Source: Octopus bimaculoides
Lineage: Eukaryota
DNA length: 64,000 bases
NCBI RefSeq assembly: GCF_001194135.2
Contig: NC_068987.1
Location: 108,058,772-108,122,771 of the forward strand
Reading direction: 5' to 3'
Made by a program: the position numbers and the translations under genes. Below are positions 40,636 through 52,875 of this stretch, in pieces. The notes beneath the pieces were generated by a model. That model saw only the letters and a program-made list of their open reading frames with translations. It searched no databases and was not told the DNA's origin. The first letter of the stretch is position 1. Every line of letters starts with the position of its first letter.

Positions 40636-40787
40636 AAGGACGAGCTTAAAGACCTACACACTCGTACATACATACATACATACATTCAAGGGTACATATA
40701 TATGTGTATGAACGCCTGTTTTTTTTTTGTTTGTATGTATGTATGTATGTATTATGTACGAGTGTGTAAGTCTCTAAACTCGTCCTT
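40636..40787. repeat. Inverted repeat (fold-back) with ~33-bp unique arms plus complementary (CATA)n/(TATG)n
   Basis: GGACGAGCTTAAAGACCTACACACTCGTAC versus the reverse complement of GTACGAGTGTGTAAGTCTCTAAACTCGTCC: 3 mismatches in 30. Confidence 0.85.
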
Positions 40788-40789
40788 TC

Positions 40790-40975
40790 TTCAAAATGTC
40801 ACCACGTGTGAATCGTTGGCGATTTTCTGCCTCCGTCTTCATTTCTATTGAACTTGCCTCTGTTTCTGAAGAAGAGCGTTGCTCGTAACGTTAAACCATC
40901 TTTCTTTCGTTCCATGAGTGTCTGCTAATACTGTACATATACCACGTCTTCGCGTTGTTGTGTTTTATTGTGAGT
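40790..40975 (+). mobile_element. Hammerhead-bearing repeat (Penelope-like tail family), copy 2
   Basis: GTTT-CTGAAGA-A-GAGC-GTT-GCTC-GTAAC-GTT-AAAC (40862-96). Flanks GTTGGCGATTTTCT and CCACGTCTTCGCGTTGTTG are shared with the 61.4-kb copy. Confidence 0.75.
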
Positions 40976-41174
40976 TTGTTCTCTTTTTGGGGGGCGGGGG
41001 TTAAGCTCATCTTAGCACAGAAATATTTCCCAGAGTGGTTGACAATTTGGGTCCAGGATATTACGAATCTACCACCTTTTTTTCAAAACGAAGTTTAAAT
41101 CAACGTCAAAACTATTTTTATGATTTATTCAGGATAGAAATTGCAAAGCTAATGATGATTTTGTTGTCTTTAAG

Positions 41175-41211
41175 ATTCATGGCTGAAAACGGTGAAGCCG
41201 GAAGAGTTGAG
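41175..41211 (+). CDS. Candidate 37-nt exon (MAENGEAGRVE or xSWLKTVKPEEL)
   Basis: CTAAT branch motif at 41149-53, then TTTTGTTGTCTTTAAG acceptor, a purine-rich body with an ATGG context, and GAG|GTAATT donor. Two frames are open. Confidence 0.4.
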
Positions 41212-43772
41212 GTAATTCTTATTATAAAATGGACCGCAAACAAATCCATTTTACGATATATGCTAGTGTAGATTAACGATGTTTAGCAATAATTGCCAAA
41301 AGACTGGCAAGATGCCTCACTTTCGTTTGTGAAGAACCAATAAACTCCAAGTTCAAATCCATGTCAATTTAGATATGTTGTTTACGGAATCGATTAAATG
41401 CGCTCGATGTAGTCTTCAGTAAATTTTATTGACAATACGCTTCTACAAATAAATCTAATATAGTGGCTTTGCTATAGCATCTGAATCAGGAATCCTATTT
41501 AGCTTTATTAGAAATATTTTATTCTCTTCTAAAATATTTTTATACAAACTTCATGAATGCCAACTTGTTTCTCTCTTATTTTGAATATTTTAAATACATA
41601 AATAAATTAGATATTTGCCGAAGACGTTTGTGAATTCGAGCTTTTAGACACCATGTAGAGTAGACATTTACAAAATATATAAACAAAAGCAGAAAATGTA
41701 ATTAAATATTGTTGAAAATTTTAAAATTGTGAAACGAATGAATATAATGCTATAAAAGAAATTAGTAGACAATATTTGTTATGCATAATTTTGAAGATAA
41801 CTGCAGAAAATTGTGATGTCCTCTTTACAGCTGCAATCAAAATAAGTAGCAGTCGTCTGAAATATACTTATTAGATTTTACATAAACAAAACGAGTGTTT
41901 TCCTAGACTTGAAATCGTTAAGTTTAACGTATAATGATTATCTTTTATAGCTACAATTATATACGATGCCAAAGTCGATTTGATCATACATTAGTAACCA
42001 GTAACAATAAAGTAAATACGAGTCAACGAGGAAATCGCTGATGATGTATGCTTTATTTCAGTTACATGCAACAAACGGATATCAGGGGCCCATATTTTTA
42101 TGCGGGTTAACCACATAGAAAGGTTGGTCTCGTGACCCACATTGCGTTTCGTTAATATACATGCATGGGATGCATTATTAAACCTGTTTTCTTGAGCGAG
42201 AATGTTTTTTTTTGTTTGTTTTGGAAATTCAGGCATCATAATCAACATACAGAAGGGCACAAGGGATTACAAATTTGGCTGGTATTTGTAATTCGTTATA
42301 TTTATATCATGAGTAATAAAGGAACTGTTTATCTCACACACATCAATTCAATCTGAATTGAACTAGGAGAAATTCTACTAAAGAGAAAATATTTGTTACG
42401 GTGACTGAAGTCTATAACTACACCACATCAGCTAGGTTAACCTGACTTTATTAACATCACTTGAATAAATATATCTATCAATATGTAATCGGCTCTATTG
42501 GTCTTCTGCAGAGAGCATGTATTGATTTACAAAGTAAATATTTACAGTGATACACAGAAATACGTTGAGACAGTGGAATGATGATAATGTATATAAAACA
42601 ATGTACAGTTTTGTATGCAAAAGATGAATTATATTGTTCTTTGATATGTATTGACTTAAATATTGTTTTTATTTTTCAATCAATAGACAGTGCCCCTACT
42701 GGAAGGCCGCCTTAATGAGACTGATTATCAGCAGTAATAAGTCGATTGCATCGACATCAATACTTATTTCAACTTGCTACATTGTTTATATATAGTTTTC
42801 ATCTGCTTTTAATTATTTCAAATCTTCCTCTGAGGAAGGAGCTGGTTTCTAATAGAGATACAAAGCTTCATTGCTGGAATTTAATAATGTAAGTAATGAA
42901 ACAATATCATATTTTAAACTTTAGAAAAGTCTTGCATATCCTTACTATTCTTTTTACAGATTGTATTTGTATTGTACGAGTTAATTGGTTGTTCTCTTTC
43001 TCTGTAAACCTTAGCTTGTACAGTTCGTCATATATGCATGCATGTATGTATGTATGTATGTATGTATGTATGCATGTATGTATGTATATATGTGTGTAAG
43101 CTACAGACCTTCATTACATAATTCTTGATATTTTGTCATTTATGAAACTTTATGCATAAACGTGTTTATGTGCTTGTGTGTGCTTGTATGTTTGACCGTT
43201 TGAGCGTTTGCGCGCGCGTATGTTTGCGTGTGTAGATGCACCTGTATGCAAACTGTTCAGCAAAAGAATGACTGATAGGAAATTACCAAGATGAAAACAA
43301 AACAGTAGGGTCGATTCGCTCGAGAAATATTCCTGAAGGCCATGCTGCAGCATGTTTGCAGTGTAACGACAGAAGCAAGTAGGGGAATACATGTGCACAT
43401 ACACACATACATGCATACATACCGGCTTTTGTATATATCTGTCATGCTGGGTTTCGGCTAAGCATGCTGGATGCGCGTACACATTATTGATAGCGCTCAA
43501 AGTGACCAAAATGTATCTAACGTTCTCATTCACTACTTTGAGAAGAGACTCCTTTTCTACTTTGTACTCATTGTATTTTTAAATACAACGTGTCCATAGG
43601 AGATGTTATCTGCCGAGACAAGCAACGCTCTGAAATTTCTTCATCATGATATATTTACATTCATTTCGATATATGAATTAGTATTTTAATCTAATAAGAC
43701 ATCTACTACACATAACGGATCCTTTGTCAGCCGGTGGCTATTTGCAACACCAATTGTTACTTTTCACTGTTG

Positions 43773-43826
<54 letters not shown>

Positions 43827-44577
43827 TATGGTGAGCGATTTGTGTAAGGATGCAGGCTGTGAGGGCACGTTATTGATAAAGAACAATGAGGCAGAAATTC
43901 ACCCAATGTTCTCATGCACCGCTGCTGGAAGGTGTTATTATTTCTGAGTGAAAACTGACTCTCTCAATATATATTTACATTAATTATGATATCAGGTTGT
44001 TATTTCGCTATTTTAATCTAATAATGTTTTTCTTGCACATATCAAATATATTAATTATATATATATATATATATATATATGAGTTTGTGTGTGTGCGTTT
44101 GTGTGTGTGTGGATACACACATATATATATATTGTCATATGGCGGGATGGACATTTTTTTACTTGCCTAATAAGTACAAGCATTTGTTGTATATATTCGT
44201 TGTATTCGTTCTTCACTCGTTTATTATTTGTCTTATTTTATCACATGTCTGGAGATCTTTCGTCACACTCCTGTGATCTTTTCAGCGACTCTTGCAACCC
44301 ACGTGTCTCCCGTTCTCTATAGTCCATTCAGTCTTTTATCACAGAAAAACTTAAAACGTGTATATATATATATAAGACTGGAGCGAACACGTTACAATGA
44401 AGTAGAGAAATTTGAAAAGACAACACGAAACCGGTTATTTCTCAAAATACAATGTTTATATACCAAAAAGATTTTATAATATTTTTCTAACATTTTTCTG
44501 ACATAATTTAAATATATACTTTAACCATGTAACACAAGCCATCTGTAGTGTTTTCACTCTTATTATCTTTTATATAT

Positions 44578-44761
44578 NNNNNNNNNNNNNNNNNNNNNNN
44601 NNNNNNNNNNNNNNNNNNNNNNNNNNNNNNNNNNNNNNNNNNNNNNNNNNNNNNNNNNNNNNNNNNNNNNNNNNNNNNNNNNNNNNNNNNNNNNNNNNNN
44701 NNNNNNNNNNNNNNNNNNNNNNNNNNNNNNNNNNNNNNNNNNNNNNNNNNNNNNNNNNNNN
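44578..44761. other. Assembly gap (N-run)
   Basis: Ns flanked by TA repeats. Confidence 1.
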
Positions 44762-44884
44762 GTTATATGTATGTAAAATAATTTTTCTGAATGTTTTAAT
44801 GTGCTACGCCACTGGTTTTAAATTGATACTAATAAAATTAATATTCACTTTTTCACCCTTATTATTTAAATTTATATATATATG

Positions 44885-44940
<56 letters not shown>

Positions 44941-45261
44941 TATATGTATATACGTGTGTGTACATACATATTTTTCTTTTAATATGCACACATTTCACTT
45001 TGCTGCAGTTCAGTCAGCGGTAGAAATGCGTTGCGATATCAGTGGCGCCAAGCTGTATCAGTCTTTGCGTTTCCCTTGCATAACATTGATAATTTTCAGG
45101 TATATATATTTAAGGTATATATATATTTATCATCAAGTATTTTGAATTATTGTTCTTACAAATATTTACTCACGTTCGACTTAAAGACAAAAAAGAATTC
45201 ATTTTGTCTATAATGCACCGCTTACTTATATTATACTACAGTTTCTTATTCTTTAATTCTC

Positions 45262-45645
45262 TAACTTGTCTCAGTCAATAGACTGTGGCTATGCTGGAAC
45301 ACCGCCTTTTAGTCGCAGAAATCGACCCCTCGACATGTTTATTGTAAGCCTGGTGCTTTTACTATCGGTTGTCTTCTGCCGAACCGCTAGCTTACAGGGA
45401 CGTAAACACATCAACATCAATTGTCGAACGATGGTGGCGGTACAAATACAGACATAAACACAAACACACGCATATATATATACGACGGGTTTCTTTTAGT
45501 TTCCCTCTGCCAAATCCACTAACAAAGTTTTGGTCGGCCTGAGGCCGTAGTAGAAAACACTTGCCCAAGGTGTCACACAGCGGACTGAACCTGGAACCGT
45601 GTGGTTGGGAAGCAAGCTTCTTACCACATAGCCAGGCCTGCGCCT
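45262..45645 (-). mobile_element. SINE family B copy
   Basis: Plus strand: GACTGTGGCTATGCTGGAACACCGCCTTTTAGTCG...TGCCGAACCGCTAG...CTTGCCCAAGGTGTCACACAGCGGACTGAACCTGGAACCGTGTGGTTGGGAAGCAAGCTTCTTACC. Confidence 0.9.
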
Positions 45646-45835
45646 GTACTTTTTTTTGCTGCGAATAGGCCTAACTGTAGTCATTCTGTTGCCAAAAGCT
45701 GAAGCTATCAACTTAGAAATGTAAATTGAAAATCCTATCTTCAATGTAGTGTGTTCAAAGTAATTGCTTATATAAAATATAGATGTATATTATAGACAAG
45801 TTTTAATTCTCTATGTGTCTACTTTCATTTTTTAC

Positions 45836-46066
45836 CAATTTGTTCATATTAAGTAAATGTCTCTCTCAAACATGTACTCAAAATCTCATTCTCACATTCA
45901 CAAATACCTAAATTATTGTAGCAGTTTCAATGTCGTTCACCTGATTCTATCAATTTGTTCATATTAAGTAAATGTCTCTTTGAAACATGTATTCAAAATC
46001 TCGTTCTCACATTGAAAAATACCTAAATTAGTGTAGCTGTTTTGAATGTCGTTCACTTGCTTCTAT
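45836..46066. repeat. Direct tandem duplication, 2 x ~115 bp
   Basis: CAATTTGTTCATATTAAGTAAATGTCTCT... begins at 45836 and again at 45951, with scattered substitutions. Confidence 0.95.
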
Positions 46067-46374
46067 TGCTAAGCAAGCTCAGTTTTAGAAGTTCAGGTGA
46101 AAGTGAATCAGAAAATGATAGATGTAATACTCAACCAAATTAATCATGTCTTCAAGGATATTCACAGCATTATTGGCTGGCATAACCAATTCTAAAGGCG
46201 GACCAAGTGTTGCACTTCATTATATTTTATGTACGAATATTTAATTAAAATTCCACTAGTATGTTCATAGAGTTGACAGAAATGCATACATTTCCTGGTA
46301 AAAGACTAATAGACAAGATGAATGGAATGAATAATAGTTTGTTAGCCAAAACAGTAAATATAAAATATATATTG

Positions 46375-46760
46375 TGGAGACGCAAAGGCCCAGTGGTTAG
46401 GGCAGCGGACTCGCGATCATAGGATCGTGGTTTCGATTCCCAGACCGGGCGTTGTGAGTGTTTATTGAGCGAAAACACCTAAAGCACCACGAGGCTCCGG
46501 TAGGGGATGGTGGCGAACCCTGCTGTACTCTTCCACCACAACTTTCTCTCACTCTTTCTTCCTGTTTCTGTTGTGCCTGTAATTCAAAGGGTCAGCCTTG
46601 TCACACTGTGTCACGCTGAATATCCCCGAGAACTACGTTTAGGGTACACGTGTCTGTGGAGTGCTCATCCACTTGCACGTTAATTTGATGAGCAGGCTGT
46701 TCCGTTGATCGGATCAACAGGAACCCTCGATGTCGTAAGCGACGGAGTGCCAACGACAAT
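46375..46760 (+). mobile_element. tRNA-headed SINE with RTE-like 3' tail
   Basis: GGCCCAGTGGTTAGGGC...GGTTTCGATTCCCAGACCGGGCG; tail GCAGGCTGTTCCGTTGATCGGATCAACAGGAACCCTCG...GACGGAGTGCCAACGAC. Confidence 0.8.
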
Positions 46761-46904
46761 ATATATTACCATTGTGTTGGTTGGTTGGTTGGCTGGTTGG
46801 TTATATCTCATTAAAGTGGAGATTCTATTCTGCTCTGCTTCACCTTCATTCTCTATATCGTTGCTAAAATAAAGATAACGACTTTTAAATGTTTTATCTT
46901 TTAT

Positions 46905-47110
46905 CTGTTGAAGTCATTAGACTGTGGCCATGCTGGGGTACCAACTTGACGTGTTTAGTCGAGTATATCGACCCAGGAGCATATATTTTATAAGCTTGGT
47001 ATTTATATCATCGGCCTCTTTGTGCCGAACTGTTAAGTTATAGAAACTTAAACGAACCGACGCCAGTTGTACAGTGCTAAAAAAACACACAGACGCATGC
47101 ACACACATGC
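46905..47110 (-). mobile_element. SINE family B 3' half
   Basis: GACTGTGGCCATGCTGGGG...TCGACCCAGG...TGCCGAACTGTTAAG, similar to the 45262 copy. Confidence 0.75.
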
Positions 47111-47132
47111 ACGCACACACGCATTCCCACCA

Positions 47133-47177
<45 letters not shown>

Positions 47178-47634
47178 ACACATTCGATGGGTTACTTTCA
47201 GCTTCAATTCCGTCTAGCAAAGCCACAAACACAAAGCATTGTGCGACCCGGGATAACAGCTCGTTGTTATGTTCGTTCACGAGCTTCGTCACATTCGTAT
47301 TGCCTGTTCTGGTATAAAGTGTGCCACACGTCATATATTCATATATCGAAGTGATAGAGGACTGACGTGGGATGAATTGATTTGCTCAAGATGCAAACGC
47401 TAAAGATCCCAACTGGGATATAAGTCAGTATCTCGTGATTAAGAGTGGAACCTGCTAACATCTTCAGAAACAATGCACGTTCCCTCACTGTGCATATAAT
47501 CACACACATATAATCACAGACACACACACACACAAGCAGGCGAGCGCAAACACACAGCTGCACATGTACACACATATAAATACGTACATACATATATATA
47601 AATATATATATATATATATAAATATATATATATA

Positions 47635-47734
47635 NNNNNNNNNNNNNNNNNNNNNNNNNNNNNNNNNNNNNNNNNNNNNNNNNNNNNNNNNNNNNNNNNN
47701 NNNNNNNNNNNNNNNNNNNNNNNNNNNNNNNNNN
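47635..47734. other. Assembly gap (N-run)
   Basis: Ns flanked by TA repeats. Confidence 1.
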
Positions 47735-47765
<31 letters not shown>

Positions 47766-48089
47766 TATGTATCCTAAGTTATTTGATATGTGTCATGAAT
47801 ACGGTACGTTGTTAGCTAAATTACACTTTTGGTATCATTGCAAATTTGCCATAAAATCTAACATGTCATATTATAAAAATTGTTTCTCCAATGAATTCCC
47901 TTCACCAATTAAATATACATACAATTTGAATGATGTCGGTATGGTTCGTTAGAAGAGGTGCCTATTGATATATCGTTTTCCATGAGGCATCCCTGTTCTG
48001 CTTCTGCTCAGAGGAATTTCATTTAAAACCCTATAGTTGTCTCTGTCTTTCTTTCCTTGCATATATATATATATGGGAGAATATACAAA

Positions 48090-48230
48090 TAATAACAACA
48101 GACGAGGACAGGTGGTGTAAATAACAAAAGTATATATTAGTATGACGCTCGGGAATACGGAAAGTCTTTGACGTTTCGAGCTACGCTCTTCAACAGAAAG
48201 AATACGGAGACAAGGAGAAAAACACGCAGA
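48090..48230 (-). mobile_element. Hammerhead-bearing repeat (Penelope-like tail family), copy 3
   Basis: Minus strand: TCTTT-CTGTTGA-A-GAGC-GTA-GCTC-GAAAC-GTC-AAAGA (48201-48165), followed by CCCGAGCGTCATAC...CACCTGTCCTCGTCTGTTG. Confidence 0.75.
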
Positions 48231-48537
48231 AAAAAAAAATATATATATGTACACACACACACTAAGATGAACTTAGATATGTTTCGAGCAAGGGTCATAT
48301 CTAACTTAATATCGCCACCTGATAGGATTATCTAAATCCTTTTCAAGTCATTTTTTGTGGTATCATGGTCCATTCAAGTAAGGAATTCTTGCTGAGTGAG
48401 TTGTATCCAGGTACGGTGAATTATCTGGTATTCCTTGAAGATATTTGTCCAGACTCCATGGCCTGGACCAATCTTTGGTCGGAACATGTCTAAGTATATC
48501 TAAGCATATATATTTATATATATATATATATATAAAT

Positions 48538-48576
<39 letters not shown>

Positions 48577-48595
48577 AATATATATATAAATATAT

Positions 48596-49421
48596 NNNNN
48601 NNNNNNNNNNNNNNNNNNNNNNNNNNNNNNNNNNNNNNNNNNNNNNNNNNNNNNNNNNNNNNNNNNNNNNNNNNNNNNNNNNNNNNNNNNNNNNNNNNNN
48701 NNNNNNNNNNNNNNNNNNNNNNNNNNNNNNNNNNNNNNNNNNNNNNNNNNNNNNNNNNNNNNNNNNNNNNNNNNNNNNNNNNNNNNNNNNNNNNNNNNNN
48801 NNNNNNNNNNNNNNNNNNNNNNNNNNNNNNNNNNNNNNNNNNNNNNNNNNNNNNNNNNNNNNNNNNNNNNNNNNNNNNNNNNNNNNNNNNNNNNNNNNNN
48901 NNNNNNNNNNNNNNNNNNNNNNNNNNNNNNNNNNNNNNNNNNNNNNNNNNNNNNNNNNNNNNNNNNNNNNNNNNNNNNNNNNNNNNNNNNNNNNNNNNNN
49001 NNNNNNNNNNNNNNNNNNNNNNNNNNNNNNNNNNNNNNNNNNNNNNNNNNNNNNNNNNNNNNNNNNNNNNNNNNNNNNNNNNNNNNNNNNNNNNNNNNNN
49101 NNNNNNNNNNNNNNNNNNNNNNNNNNNNNNNNNNNNNNNNNNNNNNNNNNNNNNNNNNNNNNNNNNNNNNNNNNNNNNNNNNNNNNNNNNNNNNNNNNNN
49201 NNNNNNNNNNNNNNNNNNNNNNNNNNNNNNNNNNNNNNNNNNNNNNNNNNNNNNNNNNNNNNNNNNNNNNNNNNNNNNNNNNNNNNNNNNNNNNNNNNNN
49301 NNNNNNNNNNNNNNNNNNNNNNNNNNNNNNNNNNNNNNNNNNNNNNNNNNNNNNNNNNNNNNNNNNNNNNNNNNNNNNNNNNNNNNNNNNNNNNNNNNNN
49401 NNNNNNNNNNNNNNNNNNNNN
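48596..49421. other. Assembly gap (N-run)
   Basis: Ns; (TA)n on the left side. Confidence 1.
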
Positions 49422-49509
49422 ACGTTTTCTTTTTGGAGGAGCGTAGACGAACTAACACCTGTAACGAATCGGTAAGAGACAAGCACAAACACAAAGGTGC
49501 ATGCACACA

Positions 49510-49552
<43 letters not shown>

Positions 49553-49706
49553 ACACACACACACACACACATACACACACACACATACACACACACATAT
49601 ATATATACATACTTGTTAGCAACGGAAGCGATATTGATACCACACAGTAATCTTTATCTCAAACCTCATGTGGATGGCTCTCTCTCCCCCTCCCCCTGTC
49701 TCTCTC

Positions 49707-49744
<38 letters not shown>

Positions 49745-50679
49745 CATTTCTTTTATTAGCCACACAGGGCTCAACGAAGATGGGACAGATAGATAGATAG
49801 ATAGATAGATAGATAGCTATGAGAAAATGGAAGAGAGAGATACATACATATGTGTGTGTATAAAGAAAAAGCATACATCGCACAAATTTAGGCGTCAAGG
49901 AGTTTTATGGCGAACAATGTATGCAGAATAAGTGAGGGATTGAACATACATTGATTTTCAAAAAGTATATAATATATACTGTAACTTTATCGAAGTATTT
50001 CGCTTTCTCATTAATCAAATCCATTATCTTTGGCTTATTTTCAGTGTTTTGATTAGGGATAACGTCGGCAGAACGCTCGTTGAGGACTCAAATATCACCC
50101 TAAAAGGTTAGTAAGAATAATTTTATTACGTGACAAATTTGCCATATGTAGAATTCATGAGTAAATTTTATTAAAAACAATGTTTTCATAATTCACCAAT
50201 TTTCAATGAAAGAAGAGTCGCATTGTTGATACTTGAAATTAGTAAATGGTTTATTAATACAATTTTCACTGACGTGTTACAGTTATAAGAAAATATCAAA
50301 TGCTGTCTGCACGAGATTGTGTATAATCTGTGAGAAAATGTTACAATTGCTAAAGTCTGGAGGGATGCGTTGACGAAGGTGTTGTCCAAAGGAAACGTGT
50401 AAAAGCATTTATATTCAGAAGTTCATGATACGCATCGCACCTCAGTTCTGTTGGGAAAATAAAATAGGGAAGTATACTTGGTAGGCTCCAACTTCATGTT
50501 GTGATACCCCCTTACTTTCAAGTCACAGTTCTAGGCCGCACAATTGTGTGCTCTTCTCACACACTGTCAATAAGGATATTTCTCCCGAGGTAGATTCCGC
50601 ACTGAAGCGCTTTCCACTTTTAACTCTACACGAACGTGTTAAATATAATTGTACGCACCTATATTTTAATCATCATTAC

Positions 50680-51620
50680 TTGGTGTGCCTCTAATCAATA
50701 AATGATACGAGATTTTCTGTTCTTCAGCTGATGCGGAGACCCCTTTCTTTCTTATTGCTTCATTTATCTCACTAAGGTCTTTGATGTACTTAATCGTGAG
50801 TCATTTATGAGCAATCCTCAGAAATACTAGTTGTTCCCATAAATCTACAAATATTATCAAGCCATTCCACGAAGATATAAGAGCATGTGTAACAATTAAT
50901 GGAGCATGATCAGATTAATTTTCAATTAGTGATGGTATAAAATAAGGTGATATAATTGAATCATTTTTATTTACTTAGTTTTCACGGTCACTTTCAAAGA
51001 CCTTTCTCGGGGTGTTTATAAATACTACCATATAAATGGTAAAATATTCAACCCCAATCGGCTTTATTATGAATCACACACTTTCGTAACTCTGATAACA
51101 AGCCTCGTGTATCTTCAAAGTCGTACGGATAGAAGTTAATTATGCATGAAACATGTTATGCCCCGCAATAAATATTGATAAAACTGTTATTCTTTATCAG
51201 TCTTGCACCGAAAGGCTTCATGTAGCTCATAAAATAATACTATATGGTAAAGATATCTTCCTTCAGATATCTTGACAGTATGTTAAACAGGGATGTAATT
51301 CTGGGTGACGATGATATGAATGGAATTCGCAAGACATGGATATCTTTTGGAAAATTGCAATATTCAGAAACAGTCTTATCGATCTATAAAAAATGCAGCT
51401 ATATAATTTTTGTTTTCATAAAACCATGCATTTCCTCTGTTTTATTGAATAGCTGTGAAGCACAGAGATTATCTTCAAAACCTGTTAAACGGTAGAAGTG
51501 TTCTTCAACAAAAATATGTTGGAAGCATTTTACATATAACTCAAAATTAGCAAATGTAGGCATAGAGGACCATATAGTAAACGTAGTAGACTGAGGTGAA
51601 TATCATTAAACATGAAACAT
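50680..51620 (+). mobile_element. Heavily decayed RTE-clade (BovB-like) LINE reverse-transcriptase fragment
   Basis: Across stops and frameshifts: FIYLTKVFDVLNRE (like FIDLTKAFD.V.RE), TINGA, GIK*GD (like GVKQG), YHINGKIFNPNRL (like YR.DGKLFNLRRL) and FRYLDSML...IRKTWISFGKL (like F.YLGS...RIAKA..AFGRL). Confidence 0.75.
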
Positions 51621-52334
51621 TGAAACGCGACGGGAAGCCATAAAGATATCAGTTTTATTTTGATTAGTCATAATCTCTTACGACATAAACCAAGACCAAA
51701 CTGCACATATCTTCGAAAAGAACGATATTACATTCTCCCTATCCCCACCCCTCCCTCTATTTATCTCTCTCTAAAACTTTTCTCTTCCCAAGTAATCACA
51801 ATAACGTCATATTTCTCTCTCTCACTTTCTTTATTCTGTCTCTCTCTCCCCTTTATTTGTGTTACGTATGACAAACCACCATTTGAACACACACACAAAT
51901 ATCTTCAGTAAAACAATTATACAAAAGCATTTATTTTGGGATGGATACCTATTCTTGTAGTTTCACTTTCACATCTTTTATCTTCTACTTCTTTCACTCA
52001 TTAGACTGCGGCTATGCTGGGGCAGCACCTTATATAAAATATACGGTAAACATATTTACCGCTTGTGATTAAAACTGATAATGCCGTGGGTGTAGCGTAG
52101 CATTGTAATTCCAGAATTAGACATTGATACAATAAATACCAAACTTACATTACCGGGGTCGACATGCTTGACTAATTCCTCTCAGAGTGATAGCTCTGCA
52201 TGGCCACAATTATAAACCTCAGGAGATACTAAATGAATATAAGGATATATGTTACACACATTATTTAAAACATTGTTTTATCAGTCTAAAGTGTTATGAT
52301 TCCAGTTTTATTTCTTTCTGGAGCATGATGCAAA

Positions 52335-52505
52335 GCATATGTCTGTTGAATATGTCGGACAAACTGCTTAGAAACACATCTTCAGTGTGTTCGTTTAAAT
52401 TCCGTCGAGATAAACTTTGCCTTTCATTCTTTTGGGATCGATAAAATAAGTTCCACATGTGTATTGGGGTCGTTGTAATCAACTAAACCTTTTCCTCCCA
52501 AACAT
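52335..52505 (+). mobile_element. SINE family A copy (degenerate)
   Basis: CTGCTTAGAAAC...GTTTAAATTCCGTCGAGATAAACTTTGCCTTTCATTCTTTTGGGATCGATAAAATAAG. Confidence 0.7.
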
Positions 52506-52569
52506 TCCTGATCATGTACTTATATTAGGAAGAAGTAATGCATAGACAACTATAACAACCAAAACCAAA

Positions 52570-52670
52570 CATTGATGAAGATGATAATGAGGTGGAGGCG
52601 GATGTTGAGGGGAGGGGAGGATGACGTCAACTACGATAGCGATGAAGTCGATAATGATGATGATGAGGAG

Positions 52671-52705
<35 letters not shown>

Positions 52706-52875
52706 TGTGGATGTGGAAAAGCAGGAGGATACAATGATGTTCATTGTGATGATATTTATTATGACGAATATGATGATGAGGACGTTGACGATGACAACGA
52801 CGACGACAAAGATGATGATTAGATGATGATGATGACGGTGCCAATGGCGATGTCGATGATAATGATGATGATGTT
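52570..52875. repeat. Degenerate (GAT)n/(GAG)n/(GAC)n trinucleotide tract
   Basis: Directly visible low-complexity sequence. Confidence 0.9.

Noticed and set aside
47395-47475. Minus-strand CTGAAGA...GAGA with a nearby ATCCCA/TGGGAT hairpin
   Set aside because: GAAA is absent and stems I and II cannot be formed convincingly.
49422-49460. GGAGGAGCGTAGACGAAC, resembling the GAGC-stem hammerhead family
   Set aside because: Too degenerate, truncated by a gap, and the flanks do not align.
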